Shown here piece by piece: positions 40,833-50,079 of a stretch of DNA of 64,000 nt (within the stretch, counting starts at the first letter, position 1; each line of letters opens with the position of its first letter). The notes under the pieces were generated by a model. It saw only the letters and a program-made list of their open reading frames with translations. It was not told where the DNA came from and searched no databases. The stretch comes from a bacterium (GTDB taxonomy: Bacteria; SAR324; NAC60-12): positions 352,001 to 416,000 of the forward strand of contig OZ242383.1 of assembly GCA_965209155.1 (NCBI GenBank), in the 5' to 3' direction. The position numbers were made by a program, and so were the translations under genes.

Positions 40833-41315
40833 ATGTGCGCAATCGTCGATTTGAACGTCGCCAACGAAGTGTTTGGTCCTGGTCCATGTCCGTCAGGGGA
40901 AAAGTTTCTGGACTGGATCAAGAAGGGAAGTGGCCGTCTGGTGGTTGGAGGTGAACTGCTCGAAGAACTCGAATCGAATTCACCGAGTTTCAGAAAGTGG
41001 GCAGCAATGGCTGTAAATTCCGCAAAGATGCGGATTGTGAATAGAGGCAGGGTTGATGCGAGGTCGGAGGAACTCCGGGAGGGGCAAACACTGGAGTCGG
41101 ACGACCCGCATGTGATTGCCCTGGCTCAAGTCAGCGGCGCCCGTTTGCTGTACACGAACGACGAGGACTTGCAAAAAGACTTCAGGAACAGGAATCTGGT
41201 AAACAATCCGGCAGGAAAAGTTTATTCAACGGAGGCGGAAAAGAACCCGAATAAGAAATTCAGAAAAGTACACAAGAAATTGCTTCGCAGAAACGATCTG
41301 TGCCGGGTCGAGTAG
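40833..41315 (+). CDS. PIN-like domain protein
   Basis: AIVDLNV...EELE...DDPHVIALA...LLYTNDEDL acidic pattern typical of PIN folds. Confidence 0.65.
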   Translation: MCAIVDLNVANEVFGPGPCPSGEKFLDWIKKGSGRLVVGGELLEELESNSPSFRKWAAMAVNSAKMRIVNRGRVDARSEELREGQTLESDDPHVIALAQVSGARLLYTNDEDLQKDFRNRNLVNNPAGKVYSTEAEKNPNKKFRKVHKKLLRRNDLCRVE

Positions 41316-41356
41316 CTGCGGCAAGATCAGCAAACAACAAATGCGCAGGAGTAAAC

Positions 41357-41482
41357 ATGACCCTTGATCTCTGGTATAAGAGTCCCACCCATCGCAAAGA
41401 GGTCCGGGAGGGTCGCGCATTCATCCCGAAGAAATTAACCGTCAATCGCTCGTGCTGTAGACTGGATGGAGATAACGTATGA
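41357..41482 (+). pseudogene. Degenerate copy of the DUF499 ATPase gene start (41-aa mini-ORF)
   Basis: AGGAGTAAACATG then MTLDLWYKSPTHRKEVREGRAFIP; homologous to 43167-43280; stop overlaps the next ATG (ATGA). Confidence 0.65.
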
Positions 41483-43164
41483 TTCGACGCGTAACCATCA
41501 GGAACTTCAAACGCTTTCGTGAGCATCCGTTCGAGCTGGCCGACTCTGTCGTCCTTGCTGGTCCGAACAACGCAGGAAAATCCACTTTACTCCAGGGAAT
41601 CATGACTTGGAAGCTGGGGCTCGACCGGTGGATCGCTCAACGTAAAGGAGACAAGAAGAGCAAGGCGGTCAGACGATCCGGAGTCGCTGTCACGCGCGCC
41701 GATTTCACACCCGTGCCTCTCCGTGAAATGAATCTCTTGTGGGAAGACCGGCGAGTCTCCGGAGAGAGACCGGGATTACCGAGATTGATCGAGATCATCG
41801 TCGAAGGAGAGTCATGGAGCTGTGGTCTCGAGTTTCAATACGCCAATCCCGAATTGGTCTACGTACGGCCACAGCAGGCAAAAACTCTCGATCGCGAAGC
41901 CATTCTCAATTTTCCACCACCAGCCGCTGAGAATCTCGATATTGTCCATGTTCCTCCGCTCTCCGGGATCGAACGGGATGAACCACGACATGACCATGGT
42001 ATGCAAGACCTGCTTGTCGGCCAGGGAAGGCCTGGCGAAATCCTGCGGAACCTTCTCTGGGAAATTGCGGAAAAACACCCGGAAGGCTGGGAGGAAGTGA
42101 AAAAATACATTCACGAACTCTTCCGGTTTGAATTGCTCCAACCATCCTATTCACCGGCACAGCCCTTTATTGTCTGCGAATACCGGGAACCAAACCATTC
42201 ACGGCCGCTGGACCTCGCCAACGTTGGGAGTGGAACGCTTCAAGTGCTTCTCCTGCTTGCGGTTCTGTACGCCCGTCCTGCCACAGTGATCCTTCTCGAT
42301 GAACCCGATTCCCACCAACACGTCATCTTGCAAAAACAGGTTTACGATCTGGTGCGTAAGGTCGCTCATGAACGTGGAGGGCAAATCATCGTCGCTACGC
42401 AATCCGAAGTCGTTCTCGATGCCACCGAACTGGCACGGGTGATCGGATTCTTTGGTCACTCTCCACACCCACTCTCCAGCAAGTTACAGCGCGATCAACT
42501 GCGAGAAGCACTCAAACGCGTTACCACCACCGATCTCTTACTTGCCAAGGAAGTTGGCGCTGTGCTTTACGTCGAAGGAGAGTCAGATGAAAAGATCCTG
42601 ACAGAGTGGTCTCGAATCCTCGATCATCCGGCTCGGCATTTCTTCCACAGGCCCGTCGTTCACTGGCTCGGAGGGCGCAGTCTCAACGAGGCGAAAGCGC
42701 ACTTCTTCGCCATGCAGGCAGTTTTTCAAGAGACGCGCGCCCTCTGCCTTCTCGATGGGGACAATCGAGACGAACCGGATGAGGAGACGACGCAGGCGGG
42801 TCTGGCAGTTTTACGCTGGCGTCGCTACGAGATCGAGAACTATCTCCTGCAACCGGAGGTCATCAAACGATTCGTAAATTTCCCTTTGATGGAGCAAGTA
42901 ATCGAAAACGTGTTTTGGAGGCAGGTACCACCCGGCACTGATCTCTTTGGAGATCACGTATCACTCGTACGAGTCAAAGCAAGTACCGAATTCCTGATTC
43001 CGCTGTTAGAGCATTCCATTTTGGATAATCTGGGCATGAGCACGCCAAAAAAGGATTTGTACCTTTTGGCCAGCGTAATGCATAAGGATGAGATTCACCC
43101 GGAGATCGTCGAGAAACTCGACCGCATTGCGGAGTCGCTCAACCCGTTAAACTCAAAGGAGTAA
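41479..43164 (+). CDS. ABC-ATPase + TOPRIM fusion (OLD-family-like ATP-dependent nuclease)
   Basis: GPNNAGKST, VGSGT, LLDEPDSH; TOPRIM YVEGESD, LDGD, RYEIENY. Confidence 0.85.
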   Translation: MIRRVTIRNFKRFREHPFELADSVVLAGPNNAGKSTLLQGIMTWKLGLDRWIAQRKGDKKSKAVRRSGVAVTRADFTPVPLREMNLLWEDRRVSGERPGLPRLIEIIVEGESWSCGLEFQYANPELVYVRPQQAKTLDREAILNFPPPAAENLDIVHVPPLSGIERDEPRHDHGMQDLLVGQGRPGEILRNLLWEIAEKHPEGWEEVKKYIHELFRFELLQPSYSPAQPFIVCEYREPNHSRPLDLANVGSGTLQVLLLLAVLYARPATVILLDEPDSHQHVILQKQVYDLVRKVAHERGGQIIVATQSEVVLDATELARVIGFFGHSPHPLSSKLQRDQLREALKRVTTTDLLLAKEVGAVLYVEGESDEKILTEWSRILDHPARHFFHRPVVHWLGGRSLNEAKAHFFAMQAVFQETRALCLLDGDNRDEPDEETTQAGLAVLRWRRYEIENYLLQPEVIKRFVNFPLMEQVIENVFWRQVPPGTDLFGDHVSLVRVKASTEFLIPLLEHSILDNLGMSTPKKDLYLLASVMHKDEIHPEIVEKLDRIAESLNPLNSKE

Positions 43165-43166
43165 AC

Positions 43167-43280
43167 ATGCAACCCTGGTAAAAAAACGTCACCCTGCGCA
43201 AGGAAGTTCGTGAAGGTCGCTCGTTCAGTCCGGCCTAGTTCGCGATCGCCCTGGAGCAGATCGTCTCCGGAGCGGGCTGA
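43167..43280 (+). pseudogene. DUF499 ATPase 5' remnant
   Basis: AGGAGTAAACATG then MQPW*KNVTLRKEVREGRSFSPA*FAIALEQIVSGAG*; matches the DUF499 N-terminus expected downstream of DUF1156. Confidence 0.75.
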
Positions 43281-43356
43281 TCTCGGGTGACCTCATCCAC
43301 GGTACTTGGTGAAATCACTCCTGACGGTTCAAAGTGTTTTTGGTAGCGAGATGGTA

Positions 43357-43938
43357 TCAAAGCATGCGCAGCATTTTGACTCCACGGAGGTTGAATTCTT
43401 TGCGGAGTTTGTGGCGGGTGCGAAAGAGCAATACGGAAAAATTGGAAGCTGAAATATTCATCCGCTCGCATATTGTTTTGGTACTCTCCCCATCGATTTC
43501 TCGAAGAATGAAAAGCAAGCGCATCCGCTCCGGGAGCATGTCGATGCACTCCCACAAAATCTTACGCGCCTCTTCGTTTTCCAGCACCTGCTCCGGAGTG
43601 AAATTCCATTCCCGGGGTTTTTCCAGCCACATTCCGTCGGGCGTGAATTCCGGGGTTTCCAGGGTGGCTAATTCGGAATCGATGATCAGGTTTTCCTTTC
43701 GTCTTTGACGAAAATAGTCCATGATCTTGTGTTTCAGAATTCCCAACAACCAGGTCCTGATGGTGGATTTTCCCTGAAAAGAATCTTTGGCGGACACTGC
43801 GGCCAACAACGTATTTTGTACCACGTCGGCCGCTATGTTTTCATCGCCTACACGAACGAGGGCAAAACGAAAAAGCATGTCGCCATATTCGTTTGCCCAG
43901 TTTTCCACATCCTCTATGGTGTGTTTTTTCGTTTTCAT
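43357..43938 (-). CDS. ECF sigma-70 factor
   Basis: DVVQNTLLAA...FQGKSTIRTWLLGILKHKI; region 4 LPERMRLLFILREIDG. Confidence 0.92.
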   Translation of the reverse strand: MKTKKHTIEDVENWANEYGDMLFRFALVRVGDENIAADVVQNTLLAAVSAKDSFQGKSTIRTWLLGILKHKIMDYFRQRRKENLIIDSELATLETPEFTPDGMWLEKPREWNFTPEQVLENEEARKILWECIDMLPERMRLLFILREIDGESTKTICERMNISASNFSVLLFRTRHKLRKEFNLRGVKMLRML

Positions 43939-44136
43939 GGAATCGGTATCACTTTGATCCGGCCTTCATTCAGGCAACAGAGGAAGTCGGCCTGAATGAC
44001 TGGGTTTGCTCACTCGCATGGATTCAGGTATTTGCTAAAGCATCTGTTCACTAATATATAAATTTCTGAATTTATTCAAGCATTTTAAAAATCCACCTGT
44101 ATCTCGATTTTTTAAAAACCATCTCCTGCGTTCCGG

Positions 44137-45129
44137 TCAAAGACCTTGAATCAAATGGAATAATTTTTTCCACTCATCACGTTGCGACAGGCTGGATCGC
44201 AACATGTCCAACTGCCCGCATAATTCTTCGTAAGAACCTGTCTGGAGTTTGAGAACTATGTCATCTTTTTCAAAACAGGAATCGTATTGAATATTGGCAC
44301 GGGATGGTATTTGAAGTTGCCGCAGGCATTGCGCAAATTCTTGTCGAGATGCGGTCAACTCCGGGAAACGCCATGATTCCAATCGTTGTTTGAGCAACCG
44401 ATACCGTACGGGCAACTGTATTTGCCGATCATTGAAAGTATGAGCAAGTTCCGGGGATTCCATTATATGCTCCAGAGACCAACCTCGCATGCGACTCACT
44501 TCCCGAATCAATTGCAACAGGGTTTTCCATTTGTTTCCCCCCAATTCCAGATTTTTCAGGTGGTGGACGAGTGTGGGAATTTCCGTTTTGGAAAATTTCA
44601 GCAGATGCAGCAAATCCTGCGCACTGTAGTTGCCTATACAGGACGATTCATCCAAGTCCAGAATCTTTGCCAGGTTGAGCAAATCCCGTGTTATTTTTTG
44701 GGAAGGTTTCAATCCCAACTGTGGTAAAACCTGCTCCATAAGTTGCGATTCTTCCATTCCCTCTTCCGCCAGAGCCTTCAAAATACGGCAAATTTCCACA
44801 CCCTTGAATACGTGTTGCGCCACTTGGGTTTCCAAACGCCAAAGGGCGACCTCCCGCTTCGATACATTGGCTGCGATCAGGAGACATGGAAAAAGGGTTC
44901 TGGTTTGGTCTTCCAGGAGAGGAAGCGCGCGCATGCGTTTGAATCCATCCACCAGAACATATCGATTCACACCTATCTCCTGCGCGATCAAAGGCATGAG
45001 GAATCCGTTTTTTTCCAGGGACTGTTGAAGAAGGTGGTCCGTTTGTACGTTTTTCCAGTCGAAGGGAGAGTCATTCACCCGAATCCATTCCGGGGGAATC
45101 CGCTGAAAAGACCAATTCAAATCAATCAT
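44137..45129 (-). CDS. ParB/Srx-like N-terminal domain protein
   Basis: LQQSLEKNGFLMPL...YVLVDGFKR; 4-nt overlap with the glycosyltransferase. Confidence 0.7.
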   Translation of the reverse strand: MIDLNWSFQRIPPEWIRVNDSPFDWKNVQTDHLLQQSLEKNGFLMPLIAQEIGVNRYVLVDGFKRMRALPLLEDQTRTLFPCLLIAANVSKREVALWRLETQVAQHVFKGVEICRILKALAEEGMEESQLMEQVLPQLGLKPSQKITRDLLNLAKILDLDESSCIGNYSAQDLLHLLKFSKTEIPTLVHHLKNLELGGNKWKTLLQLIREVSRMRGWSLEHIMESPELAHTFNDRQIQLPVRYRLLKQRLESWRFPELTASRQEFAQCLRQLQIPSRANIQYDSCFEKDDIVLKLQTGSYEELCGQLDMLRSSLSQRDEWKKLFHLIQGL

Positions 45130-45950
45130 AAAAATGCTTCAATTAGATGTTGGTAATACGCAGCTTCTTCCAGTTTGCCGCGTTTTTTAAATCCTTGTTT
45201 CAAAATCTCACATTTTTCAATCAATTTTTCCAATGCGGCTTCGCGATCCCGTGGAATCAAAGGCACCGTGCGGATGATCTTCTGCAGTGACTGAACCCGG
45301 TAGCGATCATTTCCCCAGCTTCGGGAAGACAATTGGTCACTATGTCCTCCATAACGTACCATCAGCTTTTCATCCAACAAATTTACCGGAAATCGGGCAG
45401 CCACCCTCAACCAGAGATCATAGTCTTCACAAACCGGTAAACTTTCATCGAACAAACCTGTTGTTTCAAAAACCTTCCGTCGAATCATGGTGCTGGAGGG
45501 TGCCATCAGGCACAGGGAAAGACTCGGTTGAAAAATCCACCCTTCCTGCTTTCGATGTTTTTTCCCGGGATTGATCCGCCGTCCGTGACGTATCCAGATT
45601 TCGTCCGTAAACAGGATTTGAGATTGAGGGTAACGCTGCAGGTAGCGCACCTGCTTTTCGAGTTTTTGGGGAAGCCATTGGTCGTCCGAATCGAGGAAAG
45701 CCACCCAGGGGCTGTCTGAATTTCGGATTCCGGTGTTGCGAGCAGCACTGACCCCCTGATTGCGAGGAAGTGTAATGGAACGTGAAGCCGGTCCATAATG
45801 GGAGAGTAATTCCGTTGTTTCATCCGTGGATGCGTCGTCCACTACGATCAACTCCCAATCCTTAAAAGTTTGTGACAGGACCGAATCAATTGCATACTCG
45901 AGCCACCCGGCACGATTGTAGGTCGGAATAATTACAGAAATGAACGGCAT
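45126..45950 (-). CDS. Glycosyltransferase family 2
   Basis: SVIIPTYNR, VVDDASTD, GVSAARN, FLDSDD, EDYDLWLR. Confidence 0.93.
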   Translation of the reverse strand: MPFISVIIPTYNRAGWLEYAIDSVLSQTFKDWELIVVDDASTDETTELLSHYGPASRSITLPRNQGVSAARNTGIRNSDSPWVAFLDSDDQWLPQKLEKQVRYLQRYPQSQILFTDEIWIRHGRRINPGKKHRKQEGWIFQPSLSLCLMAPSSTMIRRKVFETTGLFDESLPVCEDYDLWLRVAARFPVNLLDEKLMVRYGGHSDQLSSRSWGNDRYRVQSLQKIIRTVPLIPRDREAALEKLIEKCEILKQGFKKRGKLEEAAYYQHLIEAFL

Positions 45951-46065
45951 GACAACAATCGGAGTAGGACAAAGAGTTTGATTTCCGTTTCAACTTTGAA
46001 ATTGAAGCGCAATATAAAATGAGAAGCACCTGATTACGAATCTTGAATTCAGGCTGATTGAACTA

Positions 46066-46806
46066 TTATTTGATGGCCAGAATCCCTTCGAAGCATAGAT
46101 ATTTGAACACTATGGTGGTGTGAACAAATCCTGCCCTTTTGAGCAAATCCAAATTACCCTGGGTGGAAAAGGGTTCCATGATGCCTTTCAAGCTTCGAGC
46201 TTTGGCAATAATCTCGTCAGGGCTATAGTTTTGTTCTAATTTGTAATCCGTGTATAACGTCGTCATGATGTCTTGAAACCTGGCATCACTTGCTCTCACT
46301 TTCTCAAACCAGATAAAGGCTCCTCCACAATTCAAGGCGCTGTAAATTTTGTCGATCACTTGCTGCCTCCATTTTGGAGAAATAAATTGAATACAATAGT
46401 AAGACACCACCAAGTCCGTCGGCTCCAGGTCATACGAAACTATATCGGCGACTTTCAGAGAAACGTTTTCTTTTCCTTCGAGTTTTTCCTGGGATTTATG
46501 GATCATGTTTTTTTCGAGATCCAATCCCACCCATCGACATCCTGGTTTATTTTGATGATGCTTTACCAGTCGGATCAATAAATCTCCCACTGAGACGCCG
46601 ATCTCGCAGACAAGGGAATCCTGCCTGATAAAGAAGTCACTGAGCTTGCAAACAACGTCATGTCCGACGTCATAAAAGGGAATGGAGCGTCTCACGTGTT
46701 CACCGAAATTCTCGGCAGTGGCGCCTGCAAATGACCATGCTGAATTTGCTGCAAAGGCAGGATTCTCTTTGCTTTCTTTATTTACCCGGGGGCCATTTGA
46801 TTTCAT
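46066..46806 (-). CDS. CmoA-like SAM-dependent methyltransferase
   Basis: WSF...FGEHVRRSIPFY, EIGVSVG, IQFI, FEKV, GFVHT...FKYLCFEG. Confidence 0.8.
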   Translation of the reverse strand: MKSNGPRVNKESKENPAFAANSAWSFAGATAENFGEHVRRSIPFYDVGHDVVCKLSDFFIRQDSLVCEIGVSVGDLLIRLVKHHQNKPGCRWVGLDLEKNMIHKSQEKLEGKENVSLKVADIVSYDLEPTDLVVSYYCIQFISPKWRQQVIDKIYSALNCGGAFIWFEKVRASDARFQDIMTTLYTDYKLEQNYSPDEIIAKARSLKGIMEPFSTQGNLDLLKRAGFVHTTIVFKYLCFEGILAIK

Positions 46807-46838
46807 GTTTTCGGTTCCCTTCTTTGTCTGCTCGGGGA

Positions 46839-47292
46839 TTATCGTTCCAGGGAGAGAAAGGATCCTTTTTGATCGAGGAGATTTTCGACCATATCTTTAT
46901 CCACCCAGGGTATGTCTCCCGGCACAGTTGATTTCAGGGCTGCCATTGCGGCTCCCCAAGCGAGACAGTTTGATAAATCGTGAGTCGAATCTTGTGATAG
47001 CCAGGAATAAAGAAACCCTGCGGAAAAATCGTCCCCTCTTCCCAAACGCCCGATTTCTTCTGCCGGAAAAATTGGTTGCGAGAAGCGCGGCTTCCGTTGA
47101 AAAAACCGGGAACTCTTTTTTGATCTTTTCGACACAGGCAATGGCTTGCGGATTGGTCAATGTGAATTCAAGAACTCGAATTCCTGCCTTCAATAAGGCG
47201 CGAGTGAGCATTCCGGCTCCACCCAGATCGTCTAACCGTAGAATGGCGATTATTCGGCTTCGTTCAATCAATGCGAAAGGAGCATGGTTCAT
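46839..47292 (-). pseudogene. Deletion scar: KDPG-aldolase (eda-like) 5' end fused to PfkB/KdgK-like kinase 3' end
   Basis: IIAILRLDD...ALLKAGIRVLEFTLTNPQA (aldolase N-terminus), then in another frame GRLGRGDDFSAGFLY...AALKSTVPGD (PfkB C-terminus); junction at about 47070-47100. Confidence 0.75.
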
Positions 47293-47733
47293 TTTATTAT
47301 CAGCATCAATGCAGGTTATGAATAAAAGATGATTCTTTTTTTATTTCTTTTCAAGATTATCCGGAACTTCAGAAATGATTCGCAACTGCCTGTCCATTCG
47401 CGTCCGGGAGTCGCGGATTGACCTACCGGACTTCCAAATCCGGAGCATCTTCATTGTTGATGCGAATCACAAAAGAGGGTTGTCTGCCCATACTCACTTT
47501 CGATTTCCCCAGAAATGAGCTTGGGGAAAGGTTGAAAAAATTTGGAAATATTGCAAGAGGTTCCGTCGGATCATAAACAAGCGATTTAAAAGAGAAAATA
47601 CAAAATTTCATAAAACCATCACTTGATTTCGACAAATATGGAAAACCAGATAAATTATGCTATAGTTCCGGCATATCCAAGAGGCAATCTATAGAGTCTC
47701 AACAAGTCTGTGGTTACTTTGGATAAAAATAAA

Positions 47734-48987
47734 ATGGCTACCGAGCAACTCTTATTGTTTGATTTTGAAAAAATGGACAATTCCAGTGCCCTCTCTGCGC
47801 CTACTACAGACATCCCCCAATCGGTTCCTCCCCTGACAAAAGCGAAATGGACTTTGTCTCAACCGGTAGATTTCAGCAATTTGTTGGAGGATTTATCAAT
47901 TTTTATGAGTTGGGAAGACCCTGGTCCCACCATTGATTTTTTGCAGGAAAAGTACCCTCAGGAAAGCCGGTTGCTTGCTAATCTTCTGGAGCAGCAGGAA
48001 ACGGGTTCGCTGGAGGAGTTTTTAAAGGCATTTCTCGACCTCTATCCCGATTGGCCTCTTTGGGAAACCGCATGTTTGGTCACTGCGCTCGCCAAAGCAG
48101 AATACTTGGAATTGTATATTTTGGGAGCTCCTTTCCCTTGGGAAGAATGGACGAATTGGACAAATACAAAAAGTGCGGCGGGGGCTCATTTTACTTTAAA
48201 GGATGAAGGGACTATTCCTCACCTGGAAGAAGCCCTGAATTTGGGACAGGAATTGTTCCCTCAATGCAAAGCAGAGGGAGCCTTAGACCTTCATTTGTTT
48301 TTAGGGGAAGTGTTGTCCCAACTTCAAAAAGAGGGAAGGGATTTTTTAAAAAAGATAAACGCTTTTCCAAAGGTTGATTCGCAATTTGTCTCCAAACATC
48401 GCTGCATTTCCTCAGTTTTGAGCAACATAGGTCTGTCTCAACGGATAACTGCTTTTATAAGTCATGGAGAAGACCTTCGGCAGTTTCAAGTACTTCTGGA
48501 ACAGGGGCGTGATTTTATTGAAAACGGCTGGGAATGCTGGAGCAAAATACAAGCAATTCAGGAGGATTCTCCACAACAAGGGGTTCTATGGGGCGATGCA
48601 TCCACTTTCTCAAGGATCTCAAAACAAGTAGAATCTTTGGCAAACCGCGACACGCTTCCTTCCAGTACGATACTCCTCCAACTCCTGGAGGATTGGACTC
48701 AAGCCCATGCAAACCTTTTGGAAGAATTAAGCCATAATACTCTTGGGAAACTCCAAGAACTCTACTTGCAACTCAAGCAACAGTTGGAAGAGAAAAATGC
48801 GGAGGCCCGATTACGAAATCAGATCTTGAAAGTGATTCATGATGGCATGGTTTTATTAGAAAAGCCACACCATGCCCATTATCCAAAAAAGTTACTGGAA
48901 TGGGAAAAGTTTATTTTCAAGATAGAGGTTCATATTGAGGAAGCATCAGAGATTCTCGAAGAGCTCAACACATCGAAGAGGTCTTAA
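47734..48987 (+). CDS. Hypothetical helical protein
   Basis: 417-aa open frame, Leu/Glu-rich, no recognised motif. Confidence 0.7.
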   Translation: MATEQLLLFDFEKMDNSSALSAPTTDIPQSVPPLTKAKWTLSQPVDFSNLLEDLSIFMSWEDPGPTIDFLQEKYPQESRLLANLLEQQETGSLEEFLKAFLDLYPDWPLWETACLVTALAKAEYLELYILGAPFPWEEWTNWTNTKSAAGAHFTLKDEGTIPHLEEALNLGQELFPQCKAEGALDLHLFLGEVLSQLQKEGRDFLKKINAFPKVDSQFVSKHRCISSVLSNIGLSQRITAFISHGEDLRQFQVLLEQGRDFIENGWECWSKIQAIQEDSPQQGVLWGDASTFSRISKQVESLANRDTLPSSTILLQLLEDWTQAHANLLEELSHNTLGKLQELYLQLKQQLEEKNAEARLRNQILKVIHDGMVLLEKPHHAHYPKKLLEWEKFIFKIEVHIEEASEILEELNTSKRS

Positions 48988-49141
48988 ATCCGATTTCGGA
49001 TCTTCCCAATGCGTTGCGAGACGATGGGTTTGTTCCGTCTTTCGAACAGGATCGAGCTCGTGGGCCGAATGCTTGTAAGATACTTGCACGCGGCCTTCGT
49101 CCTCCAGCCTCACTTGCCAGAGGAAGTTGCCTCTAAAAAGA

Positions 49142-49196
49142 GCGAAGTTGCCGCTGTATGGTGGCTATAGCGACTTCGCAAACTCTCGTTTTTTTT
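49142..49196. terminator. Possible intrinsic terminator between convergent genes
   Basis: GCGAAGTTGC / GCGACTTCGC stem (one G-U pair) followed by a T8 run. Confidence 0.3.
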
Positions 49197-49236
49197 GGCT
49201 GTTTCGCTGTTCATCTTCCCAAGACCACGAATAAAT

Positions 49237-49878
49237 CTAGTTGTGCACGCCACCACAAACGTTTATTGTCTGTCCCGTAATAAAGCTGGAGGCATCAGAA
49301 GCCAGAAATAACGCAGCACTGGCAATTTCCTCCGGCTCACCAATTCGCCCCAACGGCCTCCTGCTCTCAAGCATCTTCAAGTTATCAGGATTACTCAAAT
49401 ATGGTTGAGCCATCTTTGTTCTGGTATATCCCGGTGCAATCGAGTTTATCCGTATATTGTGTTTACCGAAATCCCAAGCCAGGCACTGGGTCAGCATGAT
49501 GGCACCTGCTTTCGCAACATTGTAGGAAGTCCCCAACCCACCAGACACTCGTTTTCCGTCACCCGAGGTTATATTGATAATGTTCCCCTTTCTCTGTTCG
49601 ATCATTCTCTTACCCACGGCCTGGCAACAAAAGTAAGTGCCTTTGAGATTAGTATCCATAATCAAGTCCCACTCGTCTTCATCCACTTCAATGATGGGCA
49701 CTGGTTTACCGAGTACTTTTGAACCGACTCCCCCATTGTTCACCAGAATATCAATACGACCGCATTCCTCCATTACCTTATGAACAAGGTGATCGATATC
49801 GAACTTTTTGGTGATGTCGGCCTTGATAGCCAGGGAATGTCTGCCTAGCGCTTTGACTTCATCGGCCACCCTTTCCAA
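49237..49878 (-). pseudogene. Short-chain dehydrogenase/reductase, 5'-truncated
   Basis: DILVNNGG, YNVAK, IRINSIAPG, FITGQTINV present; N-terminal TGxxxGIG motif absent. Confidence 0.8.
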
Positions 49879-49971
49879 TTTTCTCTTGTTATAATCTGGC
49901 CAATATTTTAGCGTGCTCGATCATCTTATCTTGGGATTTCTTATCACTCCCACAAAGCAACAAAACTTCGG

Positions 49972-50060
49972 GGGCGCCCAGCCCTGTGCGGAGCAAACGG
50001 GTCGCGCAGGCTGCGGGGTGGTGTAGTGAGGTAGCGGAGAAAAACCACTACCTACCCGAT
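49972..50060 (+). mobile_element. Possible 3' end (DV/DVI-like) of a group II intron-like element
   Basis: Stem CAGCC(C)TGTGCG/CGCGCAGGCTG, then stem GGTAGCGG/CCACTACC, ending CTACCCGAT; no RT gene nearby. Confidence 0.35.
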
Positions 50061-50079
50061 TGAGCTTGATTTATATCAT

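Larger units (their letters stand above)
33802..43280 (+). other. Defence island: decayed SNF2-DUF3883 / DUF1156 / DUF499 system carrying three ABC-ATPase-nuclease modules
   Basis: All genes co-oriented and tightly packed, some with ATGA couplings; appears GC-richer than the flanking housekeeping DNA; no integrase or att repeats found. Confidence 0.8.
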
